From positions 32,467,990 through 32,531,989 of the forward strand of contig NC_052158.1 in NCBI RefSeq assembly GCF_902713615.1: a stretch of 64,000 nucleotides of DNA. Reading direction: 5' to 3'. Positions 11,746 to 24,313 of the stretch are shown here, piece by piece. Made by a program: the position numbers and the translations under genes. Positions within the stretch are counted from its first letter, which is position 1; each line of letters starts with the position of its first letter. Under the pieces are notes generated by a model, which made no database searches, had not been told where the DNA came from, and saw nothing but the letters and a program-made list of their open reading frames with translations. The stretch comes from Scyliorhinus canicula. Lineage: Eukaryota.

Positions 11746-12631
11746 AAAGGCTTTCTGGAAATCCAGATATACCACATCCATTGGCTCCCTGGTAATGTCC
11801 TCAAAAAATTCCACTAAATTAGTTAGGCATGACCTGCCCTTTATGAACCCATGCTGCGTCTGCCCAATGGGATAATTTCTATCCAGATGCCTCGCTATTT
11901 CTTCCTTGATGATAGATTCCAGCATCTTCCCTACTACCGAAGTTAAGCTCACTGGCCTATAATTTCCTGCTTTCTGCCTACCTCCTTTTTTAAACAGTGG
12001 TGTCACGTTTGCTAATTTCCCATCCACCGGGACCACCCCAGAGTCTAGTGAATTTCGATAAATTATCACTAGTGCATCTGCAATTTCCCTAGCCATCTCT
12101 TTTAGCACTCTGGGATGCATTTCATCAGGGCCAGGAGACTTTTCTACCTTTAGCCCCATTAGCTTGCCCATCACTACCTCCTTAGTGATAACAATCCTCT
12201 CAAGGTCCTCACCTGTCAGAGCCTCATTTCTATCAGTTGCTGGCATGTTATTTGTGTCTTCCACTGTGAAGACCGACCCAAAAAACATGTTCAGTTCCTC
12301 AGCCATTTCCTCATTTCCCATTATTAAAACTCCCTTCTCATTCTCTAAAGGACCAATATTTACCTTAGCCACTCTTTTTTGTTTTATATATTTGTAAAAA
12401 CGTTTACTGTCTGTTCTTATATTCTGAGCAAGTTTACTCTCATACTCTATCCTACTCTTTATAGCTTTTTTAGTAGCTTTCTGTTGCCCTCTAAAGATTT
12501 CCCAGTCCTCTAATCTCCCACCAATCTTTGCCACTTCATATGCTTTTTCCTTCAATTTGATACTCTCCCTAATTTCCCTAGATATCCATGGTCGATTTTC
12601 CCTCTTTGTACCGTCCTTCCTTTTTGTTGGT
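11746..12631 (-). mobile_element. CR1-clade LINE, upstream part of ORF2 (5'-truncated); same element as 4606-5784
   Basis: ORF 11740-12555: KSPGPDEMHPRVLKE, ANVTPLFKKG, NYRPVSLTSVVGK, QHGFIKGRSCLTNL, VYLDFQKAF joins exactly to the TSD. Confidence 0.95.
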
Positions 12632-12636
12632 ATTCA

Positions 12637-13330
12637 CTATGTCTGTGAGATTGGTGAATGCACACTGCACAATGTCTGTGAGCTCGGTGAATGCACACTG
12701 CACAATGTCAATATGTGTGAGCTCGGTGAATGCACAATGTCAATGTCTGTGAGCTCGGTGAATGCACACTGCACAATGTCAATGTCTGTGAGCTCGGTGA
12801 ATGCACACTGCACAATGTCAATATGTGTGAGCTCGGTGAATGCACAATGTCAATGTCTGTGAGCTCGGTGAATGCACACTGCACAATGTCAATGTCTGTG
12901 AGCTCGGTGAATGCAGACTGCACAATGTCAATGTCTGTGAGCTCGGTGAATGCAGACTGCACAATGTCACTGTCTGTGAGCTCGGTGAATGCACGATGTC
13001 TGTGTCTGTGAGCTCGGTGAATGCACACTGCACAATGTCTGTGAGCTCGGTGAATGCACACTGCACAATGTCAATGTCTGGAGCTCGGTGAATGCACACT
13101 GCACAATGTCTGTGAGCTGGGTGAATGCACACTGCACAATGTCTGTGAGCTCGGTGAATGCACACTGCACAATGTCTGTGAGCTCGGTGAATGCACACTG
13201 CACAATGTCTATGTCTGGAGCTCGGTGAATGCACAATGTCAATGTCTGTGAGCTTGGTGAATGCACAATGTCAATGTCTGGAGCTCGGTGAATGCACACT
13301 GCACAATGTCTGTGAGCTCGGTGAATGCAT
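12637..13330. repeat. Continuation of the 33/39-bp minisatellite of 1508-4600
   Basis: Same GAGCTCGGTGAATGCACACTGCACAATGTC unit, with a TCAATG variant module. Confidence 0.95.
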
Positions 13331-13489
13331 AATATCTGTGTTTGTGGTAAAATATGGTTTCCTGTTTCACATGATGGAAAAACACTAGAACTGCTCTTAC
13401 GTGGCATTGGCAGCAAACACAGCTGTGGGGGTTATCCGACATTGATAGTAATTGTCGGAAAATAGAATATTCCTTTTAAAAAGTTGTTA

Positions 13490-14310
13490 AATGTATAAAT
13501 GTTGATGTTCGGAGAGACTTGTGTGCACTTGCACAAGGAACTCAGGAATTAATGCAGATACAAAAAGGTATTATGAAAACAATTGGCCTGTTGGTCTTCA
13601 TTGCAAAGGGGATTGGAGAACAGAATAAAGAACTTTTGTTACAAATGTTGGTGATACCACACCTATAAATCTGAATGGAAATTTTGGCGACATAGGGACA
13701 GAAGGAGGCCCCAATTCAGCCCCTCGACTCTGTCCCGCCATTCATTGGGACCATGGCTGACCTGTGATCTAACTCCATATCCCTGCCTTGGGCCCATATC
13801 CCTTCAGTTTGACAAAAATCAATCTGTCTGAGATTTAAAATTAACAACTGATCTTGCTTCAACTGCTGTTCGTGGGAGGAAGTTCCAAACCTCTATTACC
13901 CTTTGAGCGAAGAGGTTCTTTCTAACATCGCTCCTGAATAGTCAAGCCCTAATTTTCTTGAAGACAAAGAGATGGTTTGCTCGGCTAAATCTTGGAAGAA
14001 CCGGCATTTGCCTTATGGGGAAAGGTTGAGTAGTTTGGGCCTTTATCCAGTGGAATTTAGAAAAATTATCTCTCTGAAACATGTTAGATTCTGACAGGGC
14101 TTGATGGGGTCCAGACTGAAAGATTGTTTCTGCTGTTTGGAGAATGTAAAATATACAGTTGTGAATCAGAGGAATCCTCTATGCAAGAGAATTGTGGCTG
14201 CTTCATTCCTGAATATATTAAAGAGGCCAATTTGTGGTCTCTCAGGTAATCAAGGGGCACAGAGAACAGGCCTGAAAGTAGAGTTGAGGTAGGTTAGCTC
14301 TCATTGTGTT
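13490..14310. mobile_element. Old degenerate CR1-like fragments in both orientations
   Basis: CR1-like pieces such as CCATTCATTGGGACCATGGCTGACCTG, GAGGAAGTTCCAAACCTCT and TATGGGGAAAGGTTGAGTAG; no intact ORF. Confidence 0.5.
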
Positions 14311-14324
14311 GAATGGAGAGGTGT

Positions 14325-16870
14325 ACTCTACTGATACTGTCCCTCTCAGTCTGTGAGCTGTGTGCTATCCAGATACTGTCCCTCTCAGCCTGTGAGCTGT
14401 GTGCTGTACAGATACTGTCCCTCTCAGTCTGTGACCTGTGTCTGTACTGATACTGTCCCTCTCAGTCTGTGAGCTGTGTCTGTACTGATACAGTCTCTCT
14501 CAGTCTGTGAGCTGTGTGCTATCCAGATACTGTCCCTCTCAGTATGTGAGCTGTGTCTTGTACAGATAATGTCCCTCTCAGTCTGTGACCTGTGTCTGTA
14601 CTAATACTGTCCCTCTCAGTCTGTGAGCAGTGTCTGTACTGATACTGTCCCTCTCAGTCTGTGAGCTGTGTCCTCTAATGATACTGTCCCTCTCAGTCTG
14701 TGAGCTGTGTCCTGTACTGATACTGTCCCTCTGAGTCTGTGAGCTGTGTGCTGTACTGATACTGTCCCTCTCAGTCTGTGAGCTGTGTGCTGTTCTGATA
14801 CTGTCCCTCTGAGTCTGTGAGCTGTGTGCTGTACTGATACTGTCCCTCTCAGTCTGTGAGCTGGGTCCTGTACTGATACTGTCCCTCTCAGTCTGTCAGC
14901 TGTGTCTGTACTGATACTGTCCCTTCAGTCTGTGAGCTGTGTGCTGTACAGATCCTGTCCCTCTCATTCTGTGAGCTGTGTGCTGTACAGATACTGTCCC
15001 TCTGAGTCTGTGAACTGTGTCCTGTACTGATACTGTCCCTCTCAGTCTGTGAGCTGTGTGCTGTACTGATACTGTCCCTCTCAGTCTGTGAGCTGTGTGC
15101 TGTACTGATTCTGTCCCTCTCAGTCTGTGAGCTGTGTGCTGTACTGATACTGTCCCTTCAGTCTGTGAGCTGTGTGCTGCACTGATACTGTCCCTGTCAG
15201 TCTGTGAGCTGTGTGCTGTTCTGATACTGTCCCTCTCAGTCTGTGATCTGTGTGCTGTACAGATACTGTCCCTCTCAGTCTGTGACCTGTGTCTGTACTG
15301 ATACTGTCCCTTCAGTCTGTGAGCTGTGTGCTGTACTGATACTGTCCCTCTCAGTCTGAGCTGTGTGCTGTTCTGATACTGTCCCTCTGACTCTGTGAGC
15401 TGTGTGCTGTACAGATCCTGTCCCTCTCATTCTGTGAGCTGTGTGCTGTACAGATACTGTCCCTCTGAGTCTGTGAACTGTGTCCTGTACTGATACTGTC
15501 CCTCTCAGTCTGTGAGCTGTGCCCTGTACTGATACTGTCCCTGTCAGTCTGTGAGCTGTGTGCTGTACTGATACTGTCCCTCTCAGTCTGTGAGCTGTGA
15601 TCTGTACTGATACTGTCCCTCTCAGTCTGGGAGCTGTGTGTTGTACTGATACTGTCCCTCTCAGTATGTGAGCTGTGTCCTGTACAGATAATGTCCCTCT
15701 CAGTCTGTGACCTGTGTCTGTACTAATACTGTCCCTCTCAGTCTGTGAGCAGTGTCTGTACTGATACTGTCCCTCTCAGTCTGTGAGCTGTGTCCTCTAA
15801 TGATACTGTCCCTCTCAGTCTGTGAGCTGTGTGCTGTACTGATACTGTCCCTCTCAGTCTGTGAGCTGTGTGCTGTTCTGATACTGTCCCTCTGAGTCTG
15901 TGAGCTGTGTGCTGTACTGATACTGTCCCTCTCAGTCTGTCAGCTGTGTCTGTACTGATACTGTCCCTTCAGTCTGTGAGCTGTGTGCTGTACAGATCCT
16001 GTCCCTCTCATTCTGTGAGCTGTGTGCTGTACAGATACTGTCCCTCTGAGTCTGTGAACTGTGTCCTGTACTGATACTGTCCCTCTCAGTCTGTGAGCTG
16101 TGTGCTGTTCTGATACTGTCCCTCTCAGTCTGTGAGCTGTGTGCTGTACTGATTCTGTCCCTCTCAGTCTGTGAGCTGTGTGCTGTACTGATACTGTCCC
16201 TTCAGTCTGTGAGCTGTGTGCTGCACTGATACTGTCCCTGTCAGTCTGTGAGCTGTGTGCTGTTCTGATACTGTCCCTCTCAGTCTGTGATCTGTGTGCT
16301 GTACAGATACTGTCCCTCTCAGTCTGTGACCTGTGTCTGTACTGATACTGTCCCTTCAGTCTGTGAGCTGTGTGCTGTACTGATACTGTCCCTCTCAGTC
16401 TGAGCTGTGTGCTGTTCTGATACTGTCCCTCTGACTCTGTGAGCTGTGTGCTGTACAGATCCTGTCCCTCTCATTCTGTGAGCTGTGTGCTGTACAGATA
16501 CTGTCCCTCTGAGTCTTTGAACTGTGTCCTGTACTGATACTGTCCCTCTCAGTCTGTGAGCTGTGCCCTGTACTGATACTGTCCCTGTCAGTCTGTGAGC
16601 TGTGTGCTGTACTGATACTGTCCCTCTCAGTCTGTGAGCTGTGATCTGTACTGATACTGTCCCTCTCAGTCTGGGAGCTGTGTGCTGTACTGATACTGTC
16701 CCTCTCAGTCTGGGAGCTGTGTGCTGTTCTGATACTGTCTCTCTGAGCCTGTGAGCTGTGTGCTGTACTGATACTGTCCCTCTCAGTCTGTGTCCTGTAC
16801 TGATACTGTCCCTCTTAGTCCGTGAGTTGTGTGCTGTACAGATACTGTCCCTCTCAGTCTGTGAGCTTAT
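14325..16870. repeat. Minisatellite, ~39-bp unit GTACTGATACTGTCCCTCTCAGTCTGTGAGCTGTGTGCT, with an internal ~1.04-kb duplication
   Basis: Unit read directly; rare variant GATCCTGTCCCTCTCATTC at 14951/15995 and 15414/16458. Confidence 0.97.
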
Positions 16871-16974
16871 CCTGTACTTACAAAGAAAATTCTAGCACAG
16901 GAACAGGCGCTTTGGCCCTCCAAACGTGCGCCGACCGTTCTGCTTGTCTAATCTAAAACCTTTGGCCACCTGCA

Positions 16975-19379
16975 TGGGAGAACCATTGAATAACTCAGGT
17001 GCGACTATGACCCCCGTCATTTATGAGCACCGGTTGGCGTGCTTCCCGCTCATCCTGGCTCAGCCTGTGTGGCCGTGACTGGCTGCGCCACCTGCAGCAG
17101 CAGCATGTATTCCAAATGTGTTTTGGTGGTTTGGGCGAGGTGTTGGGCAAATTCCCCAAAGTTTTCCAACCCGGATTGGGGAAAATAAAAGGGGTCATAG
17201 CCCACATACAGGTCGACCCGGAAGACAAGCCACGATTTATCCGGGCCTACCCGGTTCCCTATGGCTTCCTGGAAAAGGTGGAGACTCAATTGGCCGATTG
17301 CAGTTTGGCGATCATCAGCCCCGTCCGATTCGCACATTGGACAGCCGCAGTTGTACTGGTCACAAAGCCGGACAAAATGGTTTATGCGGTCTATAAATTA
17401 ACTGTGAACATGGCTTCTCGGTTAGACAGTGACCCAATGCCCCACATTGAGGATGTCTACATGAGGCTTGCAGGCAGGCATTCATTCACGAAGCCCGATC
17501 TGAGCCACGCCAATTTACAGTTGGAGTTGGATGCGGCCTCCCGCAAACATGTCACCATCAATACGCACAGGGGCCTGTAAGAGTATCCGTGGCTGCCTTT
17601 CGGAGTGTCCTCTGCCTGTGCTATTTTTCAGCGTGTAATGGAGAACATCCTGCAAGGGATCCCATGTGTAGCTGTTTGTTTTGATGACGTACTGGCCATG
17701 GGAGCCTCCGAGCACTTGGATAACCTGGAATCTGTATTGAAGCACTCACCGCCTATGGTGAGCAAAGTGCATATTCCATGAGAGGGAGGTTGTTTACCTT
17801 GGCTATCGGGTGGACTGCGAAGGTCTACACCCTGTCGTGGAAAATAATAATCGCTTATTGTCACAAGTAGGCTTCAATGAAGTTACTGTGAAAAGCCCCT
17901 AGTCGCAACATTCCGGCGCCTGTTCGGGGAGGCTGGTACGGGAGCTGAATCTGCGCTGGCATACGGTTACATATAGTGCCCGGGCTTCAACACGGGCATT
18001 GATTAAAAAAGCCCAGCAATGCTTCATTTGCCAAGAGCATCAGAAACTCCTGCTAGCCGTGCCCCTGCATAATTGGGAATGGCCATGCCAGCCGTGGGCA
18101 CAGTTCCATGCCAATTATGGTGGTCCATTTCAGGGGTCCATGTTCCTCTAATTGACTGACACTCATTCAAAGAGGCTTGAAGTACATCTCGATGGTGGGA
18201 TCCACGTCCCGCGCAACTACCGAGAAATTACATTTATCGTTTTGGACACATCGTCGCCCTGAAGTACTTGTCACTGATAAAGGCACATCTTTCACAAGTG
18301 AGTTCTCTGGGTTGCTGAAGGTAAATAGGGTGCGGCATAGTCGCACCGCACCATACCACACATCTTCTAATGGTTTAGCAGAGAGAGTGATGCAAACATA
18401 ACCGGGCTAAGAAAAAATCTTTGGGATCGATGGACACAGGCTGGCTTGTTTCTTGTTTTGCTGCAGGACTGCCCAACATGCAGTGATGGGGGTCGCCTCT
18501 GCGGAGCTACTGATGGGCCAGAGACTTAGTGCCCACCTTAGCATGGTTTTTGCAGACATAGGTGCAAAAGTGCGCCACAACCAGGAGCAGCAAGGGCATT
18601 GCCCCACTCGCCCTTGACTTTCCAGCCACTTGTACCAGGTGACTGGGTCTTTGTTCAGAACTTTGTTGTTGGCACCCATTGGACCTCCTGTGTTACCCTT
18701 CACCAGACAGTCTGGTCTTCTTGCCAGGTGCAAGCCGAGGGTCGTACTGTGCGAAAGCACCTTGTTCACAATAGGTCCAGGCAACCGCTTCTTCAGAAAG
18801 TTCCTTGTCCTCGGAAACCTCTTCGGAAACCGCATCTGCTTCCTGCTTCAACCATAGCAGGACCCCAAAGGGGTCAAGGCGCTGAGATGACTGAGGTTCT
18901 GACTTGGAGATGGAAATACAGGAGGAGATCCATAGCCTCTGGAATGACAGACACCAGGGCGTTCATGTCAGAAGCTGCATTCTCCTCCTAGATACTTGCC
19001 GCCCGATCCAGCACCTCGGCTGCACGACGTCCAGCCAGACACCAAAAGACGTCCAGCCAGATGCCCTCCTTTGCCATGGTCCTTCGAGGATTCTTCAGAC
19101 TTTGAGGGGGAGGGGGGGTGAATGTTATAACCCACACGGGTCTTACGAGGTAGGGGTGATTAACTACCGTGTGGATCTTGCAGAATAAAAGCTTTCTCAG
19201 AGGGTGTGGGGACCTTTAATAATATTCGCTTTGTATAAATAGAGTCAGCCAGTAAGGCACCAACCAGAGGAGACCCAGGAGGAAAATACTGGAGCTGGAC
19301 ATAATAATAATTGTAAAAATAAAGTCAGTTTTTGGTTTCCACCAAAGCGGTGTGGACTCTTAGTGCCCCTTGCAAAACA
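16975..19379 (+). mobile_element. Decayed Gypsy (Mag-like) LTR retrotransposon: pol fragments plus 3' LTR (19123-19379)
   Basis: SLCGRDWL, PRFIRAYPVPY, TINTHRGL, LPFGVSSACAIFQ (RT); TDKGTSFTS, APYHTSSNGLAER (IN); PPT GGGGAGGGGGGGTGAA, then TG...CA repeat with AATAAA. Confidence 0.85.
17843..17960 (-). mobile_element. Short SINE with (ATT)n tail, inserted in the Gypsy relic
   Basis: Reverse complement matches 23070-23178 (CGACTAGGGGCTTTTCACAGTAACTTC..GAAGCCTAC..GTGACAA..ATTATTATT). Confidence 0.7.
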
Positions 19380-19659
19380 TGGCTTTTAATCACCAGAGTT
19401 TAGACTATTGAGGGGCAATCTGAGCGATCTATTCACAATGTTAAAATCAGTCAGGAATTGTAGAATCCACATCCACTCCTCAGATTGTGAATTCCGGACA
19501 ATTGGAACTGTTAAATCTAAGCTTGTTGGATTTTTATTGTGTAATGATATTTGAGGATATGGAGCAATGTCAGATACTGGAGTTCAGATCAGCAGTGATC
19601 TGACTGAATGGTTCGCACAGATCTGTTTCTAATGTCCTTCCAACTGTCACTGTATCAAA

Positions 19660-20278
19660 CTCCTTTCAGCTCTGATGTGGAGATGTCGGCGTTGGACTGG
19701 GGTGAGGACAGTAAGAAGTCTTACAACACCAGGTTAAAGTCCAACAGGTTTGTTACAAATCACTGGCTTTCGGAGCACTGCTCCTTCCTCAGATGAATGG
19801 AGAGGTATGTTCCAGAAACATATATATAGACAAATTCAAAGATGCCAGACAATGCTTAGACTGCGAGCATTTGCAGGTAATCAAATCTTTACAGATCCAG
19901 AGATAGAGGCAACCCCAGGTTAAAGAGGCGTGAATTGTCTCAAGCCAGGATAGTTGTTGGATTTTGCAAGCCCAGGCTGGATGGTGGGGGATGAATGTAA
20001 TAACATAGAACATATGGACGACGAAGGGTACTCTGTCGGTTGTGTCCCGTGTTTGTCTTCTGAGGAGGTCGGTGCGGTTTTTTGCTATGGCACGTTGGAA
20101 CTGTCGATCGATGAGTCGAGCGCCATATCCCGTTCATATGAGGGCAACTTTCAGCGTCTGTAGATGTCTGTTATCCCCCTTCTCGTCTGAGAAGATCCTG
20201 TATATACGGAGGGCTTGTCCATAGGGGATGGCTTCTTAAATGTGTTTAGGGTGGAGGCTGGAGACGTGGAGCATGCAC
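19660..20278 (-). mobile_element. Penelope-like element fragment (RT C-terminal region and terminal sequence)
   Basis: Minus strand translates as AIPYGQALRIYRIFSDE..RHLQTLKVALI*TGYGARLIDRQFQRAIAKNRTDLLRRQ..RVPFVV, resembling Penelope RT thumb regions as I recall them. Confidence 0.75.
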
Positions 20279-20279
20279 A

Positions 20280-20500
20280 TGAGTCAGTGAGTGATGGGGT
20301 GTGAGAGGGGCCGAGCCAGACTGGGTATTGGGGCATTAACCCTGGGTCAGTGAGTAATGGGGTGTGAGAGGGTCAGAGCCAGGCTGGGTACTGGGGCATT
20401 AACCCTGGGTCAGTGAGTGATGGGGTGTGAGAGGGGCAGAGCCAGACTGGGTAATGGGGCATTAACCCTGGGTCAGTGAGTGATGGGCTGTGAGAGGGGA
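20280..20500 (+). repeat. 63-bp tandem repeat (~3.5 units), same family as 44816-45330
   Basis: GTGAGTGATGGGGTGTGAGAGGGGCAGAGCCAGACTGGGTACTGGGGCATTAACCCTGGGTCA. Confidence 0.9.
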
Positions 20501-20554
20501 CCTTGGGTACAAAGATCCCTGATATCAAGGCAGCAGGACCGATAGCAAAGGTGA

Positions 20555-20780
20555 TTAAGATTAGATTTGTTTATTGTCACGTGTACCGAGGTACAGTGAA
20601 AAGCATTTTTCCGTGAGCAGCTCAAACAGATCATTTAGTACATGAAAGGAAAATAAAATAAAAATAAAATACGTAATAGGGCAACACAAAGTACACTATG
20701 CATATACATCGACACCGGCATCGGGTGCAGCATACAGGAGTGTTGTATTTATCAGGTTAGTCCATAAGAAGGTTGCTTAG
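20555..20780 (-). mobile_element. Short 3'-end LINE/SINE fragment with AATAAACAAATC tail; second copy at ~42990-43235
   Basis: The two copies share GATTTGTTTATTGTCACGTGT..GCAGCTCAAACAGATCATTTAGTACATGA..AGTCCATAAGA; family not identified. Confidence 0.6.
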
Positions 20781-22422
20781 GAGTCTTAATTAACTTTATT
20801 AGCTGAGGCATAGAATATAAGAGCAGGAAACCTATGATGGAGCTGTATAAAATGCTCGTGAGGCTGCAGCTGTGTGCAGTTTTTGCTGCCACAGTACAGG
20901 AAGGATGTGGTTGTGGTTGAGAGGGTGCAGAGCAGATTCACTAAGGTGAAATGTTTCACCTGTGACGAGAGGCAGTTTAGTCTGCGTTTGTTTTCTTTCG
21001 ATCAGAGAGGGCTGAGGGAGGGTTCTGATTGAGGTACACAAAAATTATGAGGGAGACAGATAGGGTTTCATTATCAGGTCAGGAAAGGAGTCCACACTGA
21101 GCCGAACATGTTGAGTCAAAGGAAGAAGGTTTAATACAACTGAGCAAGAGCTGTTACTCTACGACAGGGGACAGCCCCCAGTTCATGGCTCTCCAGTATT
21201 ATACAGGACGCAGAAGGGTCACCACCCCTCAGTGGGGGGGAGTGTGTATTCCCCACTGGATCTTATTGTGTTGATCAAATTAGCAAAATAAGGGAAACAA
21301 ATTCAGGGACAAATTAAAAGGGGCAGCTCCAAGTAGGGGCACTGCCCCAAAATAACTAAGAACAACTGAACCATATCAACATCAAATAATAATGTGAGAA
21401 GAGGAGATGATCAAGCAGTCCACGCTCTGCGGTGCCCACAGGGCACAGAAGGCCTTGGTTGCCCGTGGATACCACATTCCCAGGGACACCTGGTCGCAAA
21501 TGAAGCCACTGAAGAGGGGCAGGCTGTCCGGCTGGACAACCTCCTCCGTTGCTCAACATCTGGACCTGTTAATGGCGAGTTTAGCCACGTCCAGGTTCCC
21601 AAGGAGGTTCTCTGCATCCCCCCCCCCCCCCCCCTCCCCTCCCCCCTCCCCCCATCTCCGCACCGGAGCGTGGGGTTGAAGTGCAAACAAAACTTTAACA
21701 ACAACATTGGCAAAAAAACAAAAAGGGAGTGCTGCCTAGGACACTGAACATAGACATGGCTCACGGACTCCACAGGACCGCAAAATGGCAGTGGGTTCTT
21801 GGGCGTCCATGAATCGGAGTGACCGATGATTGCACAGCACTGTTGTATGCATCGTCCTACACCCCAGGTCCCAGAGATTTAGGGGAGTACGCCTCCATAG
21901 AGGAACCTCCACCGACGGATGGCAACAAGTTACGCCAAGGAGTTTCTGGACGGCGGGCAAGGAGGTGGAAGGTTTGCAGCAGCAGCCCGTACAGTAAACC
22001 ATTCCATACAGTGTGAAAGGGCATGGGGGGCATTTCCAGGAGGCATCTGGGGTTATTGGGCACCGACATCTGAGGGAGGATTCAGGGTCTGGGGCCAATG
22101 TGGAATTCTATCCGAGCGGGGGTTCGCGTGGACAGGATACCACCGTGCAACTGCGCAGCCTTGTGACCACGAGTGCCTTTGGAACCAAGCATGCCGCTTT
22201 GAGGCCTTGGACAACATTGGCCGTGTACCAAATGGACACCTCCGCGTGCTCGGCCATCCAACACACTCCTCCAACACCCCTATCCTGGTCACCCTGGCAG
22301 CCACAGCCCACCGCTTTGCCAGCCACCGGAATGGATATTGACAGAGGTGCGGATTCCTGAGCAGCGGCTCCCTAACGACATCCACTGCTCTTGACGAAGC
22401 AGAGCAACAGCAAGTGTGATGA

Positions 22423-23025
22423 GGGGCGGATCCACGCTACCGGGCCATGCCGCCCCGACGCCGGCACGCGATTCTCTGCAGAGTGGAGAATCGGCGCCAT
22501 TGGCACCGGCGTGGTTGGCACAGCGCCAGTTGCGAGCCGCTTTATGCAGCCGGCCCGCCGATTCTCCGGCCTGAATGGGCCAAGCGGCCGTAAGTAAAAA
22601 TGGCTGGCGCCATTCTAACCTGCTCTGAGCCAGCTGGACCTCGGCATTGAAGGGTCAGGTGGCGGTCTGTTAGTGGGGGGGAGGAGGGTCCGATCCTGGG
22701 GGGTGGGGGGTGCTCCGATGTGGCCTGACCGGCGATTGGTAACCACCGATCGGCGGGCTGGCCTCTCTGGCTGGGGGACTCCTTGTTGCGCCATGTTGCG
22801 TCGGGGCTGGCGTGCTGAAGGAGTCCACTGCGCATGTGCGGATCCCATGACACACAGTTCATGCCGGGACTGGCAGGTGGAGTGGCGTGAACCGCTCCAG
22901 TGCCATGCAGGCCCCCTGTAGGGGCCAGAAATACTCCTGGCAGTGGCTCGTTGACGCCGTTGTAAAACGCAACGGCGTTTATGGCGGCATGGACACTCTG
23001 CTGCGGGATTAGAGAATCCCGCCCC
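22423..23025. mobile_element. GC-rich MITE-like element (TIR GGGGCGGAT../GAGAATCCCGCCCC)
   Basis: Terminal inverted repeats; internal GATTCTC..GAGAATC hairpins; similar to 24453-25122 and 37405-38071; no clean TSD seen. Confidence 0.65.
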
Positions 23026-23029
23026 ATGT

Positions 23030-23178
23030 TAAACAGCTGGCTTGTAATGCAGAACAAAACCAGCAGCGTGGGTTCAATTCCCATACCGACCTCTCCAAAC
23101 AGGTGCCGTAATATGCCGACTAGGGGCTTTTCACAGTAACTTCCTTGAAGCCTACGTGTGACAAGTGATTATTATTAT
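23030..23178 (+). mobile_element. tRNA-derived SINE with (ATT)n tail (second family)
   Basis: B-box-like GGGTTCAATTCCC at ~23071, body shared with 17843-17960, ends GATTATTATTAT. Confidence 0.7.
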
Positions 23179-24019
23179 GTTCCAGAATTTCAGAGTTGGG
23201 GGAAGGAGGAATTCTGTGGGGAGGTAGGCGAGATGTTCGATGGTATAATGTAATCGTCAGTGGCCTCCAGAGGGTGCAACGCCATGTGAATCCCGCCCAC
23301 TGTCAGCCACTTTTCCAGGGCGAGGTGGACCGCTTGCTTGGCCTGGAGAAAGAGCACGGCCTTGCCGTACATCCTTCAGGCGGCGACAATGGATAAGGGG
23401 CCGATGACTCCGGCCATTGCGCAGACGCATGTCTCAATGGTCATGGTGGGGTGGGCGTAACTCTTGACGTCCAGCTGCCGGGTGAGCAGCCTGAAAGGGT
23501 CATGGGGCTGCGGAGCCAGAGGAAGGTTTGGTGGCAGCCACCATTGCGTAGTTGGCCTTGGATTGCTGTGCCACCGATTTCGACGAGGATGCCACTTGTG
23601 TTACTGTCATGTCCACCCTGATGTGACTTTGGCCATGTTCAGAGTGATGAATGGGGGGCGGGGGGCGGGGGTTGGGCTGAGTCTTCAGCCCTGGAGGGGC
23701 CCAGCAGAAAAGTCCAGATCTACCCCAGCTCCCTTTCCCGACTGCAGATGTTTACATGGGTGGGTCAATGTCTTCAGTCCTGGAGGGGCCCAAGAAAACT
23801 CCTCCGGGAGTCCCATCCCCACCTCGAGTTCTGAGAGGGGAGGACAGTGGGCGGGGCAGATGTCTTCAGCCCTGGTGGGGCCTAGGAGCAAAAGGCAGAC
23901 AGACAGGTTGGAGGGGCGGCAGCACTTTTGCCTCTCCCCTCTTGGAGGCAGCAGGGCCTCCCTCAGCTCTTCCTCCCTCTGTCTCTCTCTATCTCTTGCC
24001 GAAGCAGGTAGATGGGAGG

Positions 24020-24313
24020 TGTGGTGAACGTAACTTGGTAATTCACACTGTACCTTTGTAAGTGCAGTAGCATTATCCGACCATGAGGGGGAGTAGCTCT
24101 GGGAATGCTCAAGAGTTTGTACAGGGCTCCACCCTTGGCTCCGCCCATATCTCTTCCCCCTCCCCCGTGCTGCTGTATAAATACCCTTGTCCAGAGTCAG
24201 CCTGCAGTTCACCGAGAGTTCATCAACGGGTAACAGGCTGGCTCTGTAGTAAGTAGAATAAAACCACTGTTCATATCGGAAAGCACGTGTCTGGTGAATT
24301 GATAGTTCCATCA
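24020..24313 (+). mobile_element. Solo LTR related to the LTRs of the 321-1143 mini-element
   Basis: TG...CA ends; 5-bp TSD GGAGG (24015-24019, 24314-24318); shares GGGGAGTAGCTCTGGGA, TAACAGGCTGGCTCTGT and GAATTGAT.GTTCCATCA with 321-634. Confidence 0.92.

Noticed and set aside
14325-16870. CRISPR-like appearance of regular 33-39-bp repeats (also 52124-52937 and 60940-61340)
   Set aside because: Units are contiguous with no unique spacers, there are no cas genes, and the context is eukaryotic.
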